From Spirochaetia bacterium (GTDB taxonomy: Bacteria; Spirochaetota; Spirochaetia; SZUA-6; Bin103): a DNA stretch of 64,000 bases. Position numbers and translations under genes: made by a program. The number at the start of each line of letters is the position of its first letter. Positions within the stretch are counted from its first letter, which is position 1. Where the stretch lies: assembly GCA_965203905.1 (NCBI GenBank), contig CBDBDQ010000005.1, positions 3,168,001-3,232,000 on the forward strand, written 5' to 3'. Positions 19,356 through 29,998 of the stretch are shown piece after piece. Under the pieces are notes generated by a model. It was not told the origin of the DNA, searched no databases, and saw only the letters and a list, made by a program, of their open reading frames with translations.

Positions 19356-20702
19356 TCAACCCATCCGCGCGCGCAGGCCGGCAACGGAGCGGCGCAGACG
19401 GTCGATGGCGCGCGCCACCAGCTCCGGCGGCGTATCGGCGGCGCACGGCACCACCGGCACCCCGGCGTGCTGCAGGCTGCGCAGGCGCTCGTCCAGCTCC
19501 AGCCGCCACAGGTCCGCCGCGGCCGGTCCCAGCAGCCGACTGCGCGCGTCCCGCCGTTGTATCCGTGTCGCGTGCTCTGCGGCGTCGGCGGCGTCGAGCA
19601 CCACCAGCACCACGTTGAACCCGCGCGCGTGCAGGTCGCCGGCGGCGAAGGCGAAGCGCGCGTCGATCAGCCCGGAGATGGCGATGATGAAGGCGCGCGA
19701 CGGCAGGATGCGGGCCGGGATGGTGCGCAGATTCTGCCCCACGTAGCTCTGCCGTACCGCGACGTCGGTGAGGTTCTCGAACAGCCGGTAGCGCTGGCGC
19801 GGTCCGCTGGCCGGGATCACCCACTTGAGGATCCCGCTGAGCTCGATCAGGCCGACGCGGTTGCGCGCGGCCAGGAAGTGATCGGCAAGGCTGGCGGCGA
19901 TGCGGGTGGCGGTATCCAGCAGCCGGACACCGGGCGGACCGGCGTCCGCGAAGGTATCGAGCAGCAGCACGACGTCGGCGTTGCGCTCGGGGGCGTAGTC
20001 GTTCACGTGCAGCGTACCCATGCGCAGCGACGCGCGCCAGTTGATGCTGCGCAAGCGGTCGCCGGGAACGTGGGGCCGCAGCTCCGCGATCTCCAGCCCC
20101 TCGCCGATGGTGGGGGCTGGGTAGTTGCCCATGTACACCTGGGTCCGCACCGGCCGCACCGGGTGGGCGATGGGGGTGGCCCGCGGGCGTACCGTCAGCT
20201 CGCTGGAGGCCGGCAGCTCCTGCTCCCAGCGTACCAGGGCAGAGGGGTCGTGCCAGCGCTGCCGCAAGCCGCCGAGCGTGACCCGCGCCCGGCGCCGGAA
20301 CTGCACCTGGTAATGGAACCGTTCGGAGTGACCGGCGTACAGCGGGCGCACGATACGGTTGTTGCCGCGGCTCACCACGGCCCACCGCGGCAGCGGGTCG
20401 AGCAGCTCCAGGACACCCACGTCGGCGTCGGGATGTACTTCCAGGTGGACGTCGACCGCCTCATCCTCGTGCACTGCGCCCTGCTCCACGTGGTGGCGCG
20501 TGCGCACACGCGGCGCCCCTTCGGTGAACAGTGCCGCCAGGATGGCGGCGGCGAACGGCGCGACGGTCACCAGCGGCTCGATGCGGCCGGCGATGGCGGC
20601 AACCAGCGCGGCCAGGGCGACGATGATGAAGTAGAGCGTGAGGCGCCGGCTGTAGCGCTTCACCGGCCGGCTGCTCGCGGCAGAGGACTCCGTTGCATTC
20701 AT
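19356..20702 (-). CDS. DUF58 domain protein (vWA-like MoxR partner)
   Basis: GLEIAELRPHVPGDRLRSINWRAS, VVLLLD. Confidence 0.92.
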   Translation of the reverse strand: MNATESSAASSRPVKRYSRRLTLYFIIVALAALVAAIAGRIEPLVTVAPFAAAILAALFTEGAPRVRTRHHVEQGAVHEDEAVDVHLEVHPDADVGVLELLDPLPRWAVVSRGNNRIVRPLYAGHSERFHYQVQFRRRARVTLGGLRQRWHDPSALVRWEQELPASSELTVRPRATPIAHPVRPVRTQVYMGNYPAPTIGEGLEIAELRPHVPGDRLRSINWRASLRMGTLHVNDYAPERNADVVLLLDTFADAGPPGVRLLDTATRIAASLADHFLAARNRVGLIELSGILKWVIPASGPRQRYRLFENLTDVAVRQSYVGQNLRTIPARILPSRAFIIAISGLIDARFAFAAGDLHARGFNVVLVVLDAADAAEHATRIQRRDARSRLLGPAAADLWRLELDERLRSLQHAGVPVVPCAADTPPELVARAIDRLRRSVAGLRARMG

Positions 20703-21235
20703 GGCAGGCGCGCCAGATCGCGGGCCACGACGGCCAGCGCGTGGGCGGTGGTGCGGCGGCTGCGCAGCAACCAGGGCAGACTCCAGCGCGGGGCGCCGGC
20801 GGCCGCCACCAGGCGCCGCAGCTCGGCGCCCACCCGGTCGGCGTCCGCGCCGCGCTGCTTCTCCTTCAGCATCTCCTCGAGACGCGGGACCAGCACCGAG
20901 GACAGGTAGGAAGGACTGCGCACCGCCGCGTCGAGCTGGTGCAGGAGTTCCTGATAGGAGTCGGGTATCGGTACGCCGCCGGCCGCAGCTCTGGCAGCGG
21001 CTGGCACGGGCTCCTCGCCACGCTGCTCGCGGACGGCGCGGTGGGCGAAGCGGATCGCGATGCCCACGATGGTCAGGGCCACCACCCCGGCGACCGCGGC
21101 GGTGCGCAGTGACGGATCGTCACCCGCGGTGAGGGCCCATACCAGCAGACCGGCGGCGCCGATCAGCAGCAGGATCGCGCTGCGCCGGCCGGGGGGACGC
21201 CGTGGCAGGCTCTCGTGTTCGGGGAGGTCGCTCAT
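20699..21235 (-). CDS. Hypothetical membrane protein
   Basis: Two N-terminal transmembrane segments; ATGA overlaps with both neighbours. Confidence 0.75.
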   Translation of the reverse strand: MSDLPEHESLPRRPPGRRSAILLLIGAAGLLVWALTAGDDPSLRTAAVAGVVALTIVGIAIRFAHRAVREQRGEEPVPAAARAAAGGVPIPDSYQELLHQLDAAVRSPSYLSSVLVPRLEEMLKEKQRGADADRVGAELRRLVAAAGAPRWSLPWLLRSRRTTAHALAVVARDLARLP

Positions 21236-22218
21236 GCCAGGCGCAGGCGGTGACGGATGTCGTGCAGGCAGCGCAGAGCCGTGTCGCGGTCGTCGCGGGT
21301 AATGGGATGCTCGCTGAAGCGCGCCACCTCGTAGCGGCCGGCAAGCTCCAGCAGCGCCGGCGCCGGCAACGCCGACAACTCCACTACCAGCGCGCGCACG
21401 TACTCCAGCGGGGTGTGATGGCGTGGCCGCGGATGCTCGTGCCGCGCCAGGGCCAGCTCCAGGTAGGCCCAGCAGCCGATCACCGCACGCCGGAAGTCGG
21501 GGTCGGCTTCCAGCTCTGCGATGGCCAGCTCGGCGGCCTCGGCGAGGTCACGGCGCAACTCTTCCGAGAGGCGTTCTTCCTCCGGCTCACGCTCCGGGGT
21601 GGCGCGCATCAGGCGCACCGCGAAGTAGGCGACGGCGGCGAACCCGACCGCCAGCAGGGTGATGAGAATGAGCCGCGAACGCCGTGCCCGGGTGGCGGCG
21701 GTGAGCGGATCCAGCTCCTCCTCGGGTTGCTCCTCAAGCACTTCCTCTTCTGTTGCCTCGCCGTCCCCTTCCTCCAGTGGCAGTGACTGCGGCTCCTCTT
21801 CGGGAAACACCAGCAGCGAGATCGCCAGCGCCGCCAGGAGGTAGACCAGCAGCAAGCCGCCGACCAGGATCAGGATGATGCGCCAGGGCGGCGCGTTGCC
21901 GGCCCGATAACGGATGCGGTTGCTGCGCAGGGCAACGAGCAGATAGGCGATGGCGACGGCGCCGAGTCCGAAGGTGCCGAGTGCGACCAGCGCCAGCAGC
22001 AGGTTGGTGGCGCCCGGTCCCAGCCGCGGCAGCAGCGGAATGTCCGCCGCCTCGGCGGCCAGCGGGTCGACCCGCGGCAGGCCGGCGATGGCGATCACCA
22101 CCGCCGCGCACACCAACAGCGCACCCGTCGCGAGGGGCAGGATGGAGCGGCTTTCGGCACGCGGCCCCAGATACGGCAGCCGCCGGGCCTGCTGCAACAG
22201 ACGGTCGACGGGGGTCAT
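21232..22218 (-). CDS. DUF4129 domain membrane protein
   Basis: Transmembrane segments then RRAVIGCW..LE...TPLEY...YEVARFSEH. Confidence 0.85.
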   Translation of the reverse strand: MTPVDRLLQQARRLPYLGPRAESRSILPLATGALLVCAAVVIAIAGLPRVDPLAAEAADIPLLPRLGPGATNLLLALVALGTFGLGAVAIAYLLVALRSNRIRYRAGNAPPWRIILILVGGLLLVYLLAALAISLLVFPEEEPQSLPLEEGDGEATEEEVLEEQPEEELDPLTAATRARRSRLILITLLAVGFAAVAYFAVRLMRATPEREPEEERLSEELRRDLAEAAELAIAELEADPDFRRAVIGCWAYLELALARHEHPRPRHHTPLEYVRALVVELSALPAPALLELAGRYEVARFSEHPITRDDRDTALRCLHDIRHRLRLA

Positions 22219-22270
22219 GCCCACTCTGCCAGGATACCGGATATCAGTGCCATGCTCCTTTTGCGGCGGC

Positions 22271-22299
22271 ATTACAGCACGCGCCCCCGTGGGTGTCAA
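22271..22299 (-). promoter_or_regulatory. Sigma-70 promoter for the DUF4129-DUF58 operon
   Basis: TTGACA-17nt-TGTAAT on the minus strand. Confidence 0.65.
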
Positions 22300-22445
22300 A
22301 GCCGGAGCGCCCAAGGCGGCGGCGCTGATGTGCCTGATGTGCGCTGCCGGTACGGCGGTTTCGTGGTAGCTTGGATGCAGGACAGTGGGCGGCGCCGGCG
22401 GTGGCCGCACGTCGCGCCGCTGCCGGAGGAGAGCAACTACCGACC

Positions 22446-23423
<978 letters not shown>

Positions 23424-23429
23424 CCGTCA

Positions 23430-24215
23430 TCAGATGCCGGCTGCCGGCTCGGATCCGGCGCCGCGCGCATGCCCGTCCGGGGCGAAGAACTCGTAGTCCT
23501 GCGGCTCCTCGATGGTGAGGGGCGCCAGCGCCGGTCCCTGCAGGGCGTGCCGTACCACGGTGCGGTTGAACAGTCCGACGTGGGGCGAGGTGAGGTATTC
23601 GTCGACCGGCATCCAGCGGCACTCCTCGATCTCCCTGGGATCGCGCTGCAGCGCACTGGTAAGGGGCCGCAACCGGCACACGATGTAGAAGTCGGAGCGT
23701 CCGAAGCGGAACTGGTGGCGGTGGCGGACGCACACCACGCCCTGGAACTCGGCCCGGATGCCCGTTTCCTCCTCCACTTCCCGCTCCACCGCCTGCGCCA
23801 GGTCCTCCTCCGGATCGAGCGAGCCGCCCGGCAGCTTGTAGTAGGGCTTGCTGCGGTCTCTGCGAAAACGCTCGTTCACCACCAGCAGGCGGCGCTCGGC
23901 GTCGATCACCACCCCGCCGCCGCCGACGTTGTGGGTGGCGTAGTGGGGGATGTAGGCGTCGGCCTGCAACGGCAGGGTCATCATCACCATGCCGGGTTCC
24001 GCGTGGTGAAATGAGAAGCCCGCCCCGGCGGCCACCGGCACCAGCGCCGCCGCCGCCTGCGGGATCTGCAACCACACCAGGCGGCGCTCCTCCCCGCGCC
24101 AGGCAGCGAGGGAGGCGGCCAGGCGCTCGCCGAAGCGCGCCGCATCGGCGGGCAGTCGCTGCGGGTCGACGATGACCCCACCGTAGATGTCGGTGGTCCC
24201 GGCCAATGTATCCAC
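23430..24215 (-). CDS. NUDIX hydrolase (NUDT6-like)
   Basis: Nudix box GGSLDPEEDLAQAVEREVEEETG; GFSFHHA N-terminal domain. Confidence 0.9.
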   Translation of the reverse strand: MDTLAGTTDIYGGVIVDPQRLPADAARFGERLAASLAAWRGEERRLVWLQIPQAAAALVPVAAGAGFSFHHAEPGMVMMTLPLQADAYIPHYATHNVGGGGVVIDAERRLLVVNERFRRDRSKPYYKLPGGSLDPEEDLAQAVEREVEEETGIRAEFQGVVCVRHRHQFRFGRSDFYIVCRLRPLTSALQRDPREIEECRWMPVDEYLTSPHVGLFNRTVVRHALQGPALAPLTIEEPQDYEFFAPDGHARGAGSEPAAGI

Positions 24216-24298
24216 GGCCGCAGTATGCCCCGGCCGGCCCCGGTGTTCCATGGCGGCCACGAGTCCTGACCGGTACCATGGACTCGGAGGTGGTAACG

Positions 24299-25552
24299 AT
24301 GTCCGAGGCGGACGTCCTGGTGATCGGCGGCGGCGTGATCGGCATGTGCACCGCGTACTACCTGGCCCGGGACGGGGCGGCGGTTACCGTGCTGGAAGAG
24401 CATCAGGTGGGCGGCCCGATGGCCAGCTCCTACGGCAACATCGGCCTGCTGGTGCCGAGCCACTCCATGCCGGTGGCGGAACCGCGGGTGATCAGCCGCG
24501 GACTGCGCTGGCTGCTCGACCCGGAGAGCCCGCTGTACATCAGGCCGCGCTGGGACGCCGATCTGCTGCGCTGGCTGCTGCTGTTCCGGGCGGCGTGCTC
24601 GGCGCAACGTTGCGCCGCGGCGGAGCCGGTGGTGTACCGCTGGCAGCGCGCCAGCCAGGAGCTCTACGGGGAGCTCGGCGCCCTGCTGCCGCCGGAGGTG
24701 AACTACGAGCGCAAGGGAGGTCTGTTCCTGTACCGCGAGGAGCGCGACTGGGAAGAGGCCGTCACCGCGGTCGGCCGCGAGCGCGAGGCCGGGATCGACG
24801 TGGCGCCGGTGGAACGGGAGCAGCTCCGGGAGCTGGTGCCGGGGCTGCGCGAGGAGGTGGTTGGTGCGGTGCACTACCGCCAGGACGGGCGCCTGATTCC
24901 CGACGCCTTCGTGCGCGCCCTGGCGAATGCCGCCGCGGGCCACGGCGCCACGGTGCACGAGCATGCCATCGTATTCGCCCTGGAGCCCGGCGCCGCCGGC
25001 GTGGGAGCGGTGCACACCAGCCGCGGCATCCTGCGGCCGCGGCTGGTGGTGCTGGCCACCGGTTTCCTGAGCCCGAGCCTGGCCCGCGACCTGGGATTGC
25101 GGGTGCCGGTGCAGCCGGCCAAGGGCTACAGCATCACCGTGCGCCGGCCGGCCACCTGTCCGGAGATCCCGCTCCACTTCCACGAGGAACGGGTGGTGCT
25201 CACCCCGTTCGGCCCCGACCGCATGCGCATCGGCGGCACGCTGGAGCTGGCCGGCAACGATCGCCGCGTGAGCCCGCGCCGGCTAGCCGCGATCCGCCGC
25301 GCCCCGCCGCGCTACCTGGCCGGCATGGAGGAGCTGGAGACCCTGGAGATCTGGCGCGGCATGCGGCCCCTGTCCGCGGACTCGCTGCCGATCCTGGGCC
25401 GCCCGCGCGGCCTCGACAACCTGCTGCTCGCCACCGGCCACGGCATGATCGGCGTCTCGCTGGCGCCGGCCACCGGGAAGGTGGTGGCGGAGCTTGCCCT
25501 GGGCCGGGAACCGTCGCTGGAGATGGACCTGTTCCGCGCCGACCGTTATTGA
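24299..25552 (+). CDS. FAD-dependent D-amino acid dehydrogenase-like oxidoreductase
   Basis: IGGGVIG, SYGNIG, PAKGYS, W.GMRP..DSLP, ATGHGM.G; GGAGG RBS. Confidence 0.92.
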   Translation: MSEADVLVIGGGVIGMCTAYYLARDGAAVTVLEEHQVGGPMASSYGNIGLLVPSHSMPVAEPRVISRGLRWLLDPESPLYIRPRWDADLLRWLLLFRAACSAQRCAAAEPVVYRWQRASQELYGELGALLPPEVNYERKGGLFLYREERDWEEAVTAVGREREAGIDVAPVEREQLRELVPGLREEVVGAVHYRQDGRLIPDAFVRALANAAAGHGATVHEHAIVFALEPGAAGVGAVHTSRGILRPRLVVLATGFLSPSLARDLGLRVPVQPAKGYSITVRRPATCPEIPLHFHEERVVLTPFGPDRMRIGGTLELAGNDRRVSPRRLAAIRRAPPRYLAGMEELETLEIWRGMRPLSADSLPILGRPRGLDNLLLATGHGMIGVSLAPATGKVVAELALGREPSLEMDLFRADRY

Positions 25553-25554
25553 GT

Positions 25555-25638
25555 GCCGAACCCGACGCTGCCCGCGACGTTACCGCGCGCACGCACGACA
25601 CGTGCCCGCGGCCTTGCGGTAGTTTTGGTCGGTTCGGT
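25555..25638. repeat. Long imperfect hairpin after the oxidoreductase stop
   Basis: CCGAACC/GGTTCGG, TACCGC/GCGGTA and GCACG/CGTGC arms. Confidence 0.5.
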
Positions 25639-25685
25639 CGCTGCGTGTTGGCGCTGATGCGGCGGATCTGACAGACTGCGCGACC

Positions 25686-26054
25686 ATGGAACTGCTATCT
25701 GCCGCCGGCCGCGCCGTCGAGGACGCGGAAGTCGAGCACTTTACCGGCGCTGCCACGCTGCAGCGCTTTCTGTCCGCCGACTCCGCCGCCCGCGGCCGCG
25801 TGTACCGCGTCGCGTTCGAAGCCGGTGCGGCCACCAACTGGCACACCCACAGCGACGTGCAGATCGTGTTCGTCGTCGCCGGCCGCTGCGCGGCGCAGGT
25901 GTGGGGTGAGGCGCCGGTGGTCGCCGAGGCCGGAGACGTGGTTCGCTTCGAGGGCGGAGAGAAGCACTGGCACGGCGCCACCGCGGACGGCCCCATGACC
26001 CACTTGGCGATCAACCTCGGCGAGGCCACCGAGTGGCTGGAGCCGGTTGCCTGA
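25686..26054 (+). CDS. Cupin domain protein
   Basis: WHTH...Q and EKHWHGA metal-binding motifs. Confidence 0.9.
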   Translation: MELLSAAGRAVEDAEVEHFTGAATLQRFLSADSAARGRVYRVAFEAGAATNWHTHSDVQIVFVVAGRCAAQVWGEAPVVAEAGDVVRFEGGEKHWHGATADGPMTHLAINLGEATEWLEPVA

Positions 26055-26172
26055 TAATTGTTAGTGCAGGAATAGATTGTAACGCGCAGCGCTCGGGGTT
26101 TATTGACCCAACCAGAGCACCCTCACTACAGTTAATCGGTGCGCATCGAGTTATGCGCCTGAGGACGTTCGG

Positions 26173-26487
26173 ATGCATGACCAGTTAATTGTTGACGAGG
26201 AGATTGCTACCCAATTTGCCGCGCTTGCCGAGAGTTGGCGGGCCGGACGTGGTATCTTGTCCTCTGCCCAGCAGATGGCTGTTCACCCCGACTACCTACG
26301 CATTATCGATATCGGCGAGCGCGTAGTACCTCTAATCCTCAAGGATCTTCGCACTAATCCTGATCATTGGTTTGTCGCTCTTCATGCAATCACGGGTGCG
26401 AATCCAGTCCCGAACGAATCACGTGGAAGACTGAAAGAGATGGCAGATGCCTGGGTGAGTTGGGGAAAGGAGTACGGGTACATTTAA
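26173..26487 (+). CDS. Small conserved hypothetical protein (lower-GC cassette)
   Basis: HPDYLRII.IG..VVP.IL, HWFVALHAITGANPV, AW..WG..GY; upstream TTGACC-18nt-TACAGT. Confidence 0.8.
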   Translation: MHDQLIVDEEIATQFAALAESWRAGRGILSSAQQMAVHPDYLRIIDIGERVVPLILKDLRTNPDHWFVALHAITGANPVPNESRGRLKEMADAWVSWGKEYGYI

Positions 26488-26513
26488 CAACTTGGCATCT
26501 GTATTGTCAGTGA

Positions 26514-26630
26514 TTGAGAGCGTGGACCAGCAAGCTTGGGCCTTGCGAAGATATTGAACACGAACGCCCAGACGATCTCGAAGGCAAGGATTATGGGTCA
26601 GTGTACTGTTTCATGAAACGCCCTCAGTGA
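26514..26630 (+). pseudogene. C-terminal remnant of the usual downstream partner (WTSKLG-motif, DUF7689-like) gene
   Basis: Manual translation WTSKLGPCEDIEHERPDDLEGKDYGSVYCFMKRPQ*; the frame is closed upstream by TGA at 26511. Confidence 0.65.
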
Positions 26631-26683
26631 TCTTGTGACTACGAACAGAACAGAGTGAGTCCCTCTACAAGTGTGATCATTTT

Positions 26684-28102
26684 CTATTCTTCTTCGATCA
26701 CCAGGTTGGTGACCCAGCACTGTGCCGGGTGCCCCAGGTTGTTGGTCTTCAGCAGCAGCTCGTTGCGGCCCTTGCGCAGCGTCACCGGGACGCGCGCGGT
26801 CTCGAAGCCTTGGTCGTGGCGCAGCGCTGCGATTCGCTCGCCGTTGACCCAGAGGATCAGCCAGTCGTCGAAGGAGATGCGCAGCGTCGCCGCTCCCCCG
26901 CGCGCGCTGTCGACGTAGCCGCCGGCGTACATGGCGCGGTCCGCGAAGTGGCTCGCGGTGAGCTCGGGATCGATCCCCGAGAAGCGGAAGTCGATCCAGC
27001 CGCGGTTGGCCGGCAGTGACCTGATGAAGTGGCGGCGCCCGGCGAAGTGCCGCTGCCATTGATCCAGCGGAATGCGTTCCACCTCCTGCGCGGCGTTGAA
27101 GGCCTCCCAGTCGTCGCCGCGGTCGTAGCAGCCGGTGACCAGCCACCGGTCGGGGGTGCGCACCGCCGGCGCCCCGGTACCGGGCCGGTGGTAGTAGTAG
27201 GCGACGGTCTCCACGTCGTCCGCGCGCGAGCCGCAGCGGAACGAGAGCGACGAGTCGAAGGCGATGGGATCGGGCCCGAAGAAGCGGTAGATGACGCCAT
27301 CCTGGTCGGTGCGCCCGCCCCACTTGTGGTAGGGGGAGCCGATCCAGCGCGACTGGTTGAGGTGGAATCCCCAGGAGAACCCGAAGTCGTCCTCCATGTT
27401 GATGCCGCGGATCACGTTGGGCGCGGTCTCGCCGTCGAGCAGGATCGACATGCCGCCGGTGTGGTAGATCATGTCGCTCGGATCGCGCTGCTTGACGCCG
27501 AGCACGATCCCGGCCAGGAAGCCGCTGCCCGACACCTCGGCCATGCGGTAGGAGCAGTTGCGCGGCGGCGCCGGGGTGTAGCGATGGTGCTCGGCGCCGA
27601 GGCGGAACGGCGTCAGCGGCGCGTCGCGATCGTACTGGTGCCAGTCCACCATGGTGGAGACGGCTTTCTCGGGGGCATCAGGGAGGATGTGGAGCCGGAT
27701 GCGGCAGGAATGGCTGAAGGGGATCGGCAGAAACAGGTTGTAGCCGGGGCTGCCCGGCATCTTGGGCGTGTGGTAGTTGGGCAGCACGGTGTAAGCGGCG
27801 TTGGCCACCGGGTAGGGCGTGAGGTCGTGCATGATGCCGAAGAACGGCTTCTGCGGCAGGTCGACCTGCGGCGCGGCGGCGCCGTCCACCGTGATCTCCA
27901 GCCGGCGCCCGGCGCCGAACAGGAGCCAGATGTGGCGCACGCAGCCGGCGCCCTCGACATCCAGGATGGCGACCGAGTGCCCATCCGCATCGGGGTCCCG
28001 GTGCAGGTTCGTGACCTGGCGCCGGGAGCGGAACTTCATTGGCAGTTGGATCATCGGCACCGCCGGGTCGGAGAACGTGTTGGCGGTCAGATACTCGGAC
28101 AT
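26684..28102 (-). CDS. DUF2961 (GH172-related) domain protein
   Basis: GAGCVRHIW, YNLFLPIPF, G.NMEDDFGFSWG, YRFFGPDPIAF; C-terminal beta-sandwich. Confidence 0.8.
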   Translation of the reverse strand: MSEYLTANTFSDPAVPMIQLPMKFRSRRQVTNLHRDPDADGHSVAILDVEGAGCVRHIWLLFGAGRRLEITVDGAAAPQVDLPQKPFFGIMHDLTPYPVANAAYTVLPNYHTPKMPGSPGYNLFLPIPFSHSCRIRLHILPDAPEKAVSTMVDWHQYDRDAPLTPFRLGAEHHRYTPAPPRNCSYRMAEVSGSGFLAGIVLGVKQRDPSDMIYHTGGMSILLDGETAPNVIRGINMEDDFGFSWGFHLNQSRWIGSPYHKWGGRTDQDGVIYRFFGPDPIAFDSSLSFRCGSRADDVETVAYYYHRPGTGAPAVRTPDRWLVTGCYDRGDDWEAFNAAQEVERIPLDQWQRHFAGRRHFIRSLPANRGWIDFRFSGIDPELTASHFADRAMYAGGYVDSARGGAATLRISFDDWLILWVNGERIAALRHDQGFETARVPVTLRKGRNELLLKTNNLGHPAQCWVTNLVIEEE

Positions 28103-28106
28103 CGAT

Positions 28107-29561
28107 TCATCGCTCCTGTTGGTCGAGACACCACTCGAAGAGGCCCGGTCCGGTGTTGCCGAGCATGCCGGTGATGAGCCCCCGCATCCGGTCGATGTGA
28201 AGCCCCGAGCCCGGCGCTTCCACCAGGTTGTTCATCTCCGAGGGATCTTCATCCAGGCGGTACAGCTCGTCGCCGTCGAAGCGGTTCCACACGTACTTCC
28301 AGTCGCCGTCGCGCACCATGACGTGGGCCGCGAACTGTTGGGGGTCGTGCTGGCGCAGGTACAGCGCTTCTCCGCTGGCGATCTCCGCGAACACCGGTGC
28401 CGGTCGCGGCTCACGGCCGGCGGTGATCTCCGCCGCCAACGACCTGCCGTCCATGGCCGCCGGCACCGGTACGCCGACAAGCTCCAGCAGGGTGGGGACC
28501 AGGTCGACGCCGCCCAACGGAGCCGCCACGCGCTGCCGCTCCGGAATCGCGACCGGCCAGGAGACCAGACACGGCACCCGCACCGACTCCTCGTACATCA
28601 GGCACTTCTCGACGAAGCCGTGGTTGCCGAGCATCTCGCCGTGGTCGCTGTTGACCACGAAGATGGTTTCGTCGAAAGTGCCCTGGCGTTCCAGGCACTC
28701 CACCAGCCGTCCGATCTCGCGATCGACGTGGGTCACCAGGGCGTAGTAGTAGCGGATCACCGTACGGAAGTCCTCGACGGTGATCGAGCCGGGAGGCACC
28801 CGGCAGCGGCGCTGGTGCTGAAAGGCCGGCTTGCCCTCCAGCGGGTCGTGGAAGTTGGCGGGGAAGGGAAGCCGTTCGAGCGGGTAGTCGGCCAGCAGCT
28901 CCTGCGGCGGGATCAGGGGCGGATGCGGATCCTTGAGCCCGACCAGCAGCAGGAACGGCCGCTCGTGCTCCTGCTGCAGAAACTCCAGGGCGCGGTCGAC
29001 GGTCCAGGTGCTGCGTTGCTGGCGCGGGTCGGTGAGCACGCCCAGCGGCATCTCCTCGCCGTAGCGGAACACCCCCTCGGCGTCGCGCGCGTAGGGGTTG
29101 GAGAGGCCAAGATCGTCCAGGTAGTCGAAGAAGGGACCGGGGAAGCTCTTGTCGTAGACGTAGCTGAAGCAGGCCCAGAAGTCGCTGAAGCCATGCTGCG
29201 GCCTCTCGTCGGTGCCGAGGTGCCACACGCCGGCGTTGCCGCAGGCGTACCCATGTGCCTTGAGAAAATCGCCGATGGTGGGCACGTCGGCGGCCAGGAA
29301 GCGCTCAGGATCCGCCTCGCCGGTGCAGTTGATGAACTGCCGGTGGGCGTGCGGATAGAGGCCGGTGAGCCAGCTCGCGCGGGCGGGCGAGCACACCGGA
29401 GAGGCGCAGTAGGCGTGCTCGAACCACGCCCCGCGCGCCGCCAAGCGGTCGATGTTGGGCGTGTGGATGAGCGGGTTGCCCGCGTACCCCACCGCGTCCC
29501 AGCGCAACTGGTCGCAGTTCACCCAGACGATGTCGGGCCGTGTGGCGCGGGGCGCGGCCAC
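28107..29561 (-). CDS. Sulfatase
   Basis: CDQLRWD, CSPARAS (CxPxR), NSDHGEMLGNHG, MYEESVRVP. Confidence 0.93.
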   Translation of the reverse strand: MAAPRATRPDIVWVNCDQLRWDAVGYAGNPLIHTPNIDRLAARGAWFEHAYCASPVCSPARASWLTGLYPHAHRQFINCTGEADPERFLAADVPTIGDFLKAHGYACGNAGVWHLGTDERPQHGFSDFWACFSYVYDKSFPGPFFDYLDDLGLSNPYARDAEGVFRYGEEMPLGVLTDPRQQRSTWTVDRALEFLQQEHERPFLLLVGLKDPHPPLIPPQELLADYPLERLPFPANFHDPLEGKPAFQHQRRCRVPPGSITVEDFRTVIRYYYALVTHVDREIGRLVECLERQGTFDETIFVVNSDHGEMLGNHGFVEKCLMYEESVRVPCLVSWPVAIPERQRVAAPLGGVDLVPTLLELVGVPVPAAMDGRSLAAEITAGREPRPAPVFAEIASGEALYLRQHDPQQFAAHVMVRDGDWKYVWNRFDGDELYRLDEDPSEMNNLVEAPGSGLHIDRMRGLITGMLGNTGPGLFEWCLDQQER

Positions 29562-29572
29562 GCGCGCTCCCC

Positions 29573-29899
29573 TCAGGCGCCGGTCGCCATCGGCAACCCG
29601 GCGTCCTCCCAGTCCTTCTTGCCGGCGCCGTACTCCAGCACCTGCTGAAAGCCGAACGCCTCCAGTTTCCTGGCCGCGAGGTCGCTGGACGGACACTCCT
29701 CGTCGGAGCAGTACACGATGAGCCGCTGCCCGGCCTGGTAGCGCGCGCGGCACTCGCTGCCGATGCGCTCCAGGGGAATGTTCACGGCACCTTTAATATG
29801 CAGGCGCTCAAACTCTTCTTCGGGCAGCACCTCGATCAGAACCGCCTCTTCCTCGGCCAGCAGGCGCTGGACGGCCTCCCGGTCAATCACCGTAGCCAT
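29573..29899 (-). CDS. Rhodanese-like domain protein
   Basis: HIKGAVNIP, IVYCSDEEC, GKKDWEDAGLP. Confidence 0.9.
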   Translation of the reverse strand: MATVIDREAVQRLLAEEEAVLIEVLPEEEFERLHIKGAVNIPLERIGSECRARYQAGQRLIVYCSDEECPSSDLAARKLEAFGFQQVLEYGAGKKDWEDAGLPMATGA

Positions 29900-29933
29900 A
29901 TCCCGTCCAGTATCGCACACACTTTCTGAAAAG

Positions 29934-29997
29934 AAAATGTTCGGTAACATTATTTTCGGATGGACGCGACAAAATTGGTTCGGTAACTTTAGTTTTC
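29934..29997. promoter_or_regulatory. Two tandem operator-like sites
   Basis: GTTCGGTAAC at 29939-29948 and 29978-29987, each flanked by AAAAT...TTTT. Confidence 0.65.
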
Positions 29998-29998
29998 T

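Noticed and set aside
22215-22253. Upstream mini-ORF MALISGILAEWA overlapping the DUF4129 start
   Set aside because: Its AGGAG lies only 1 nt from the ATG, too close for initiation, and there is no other support.
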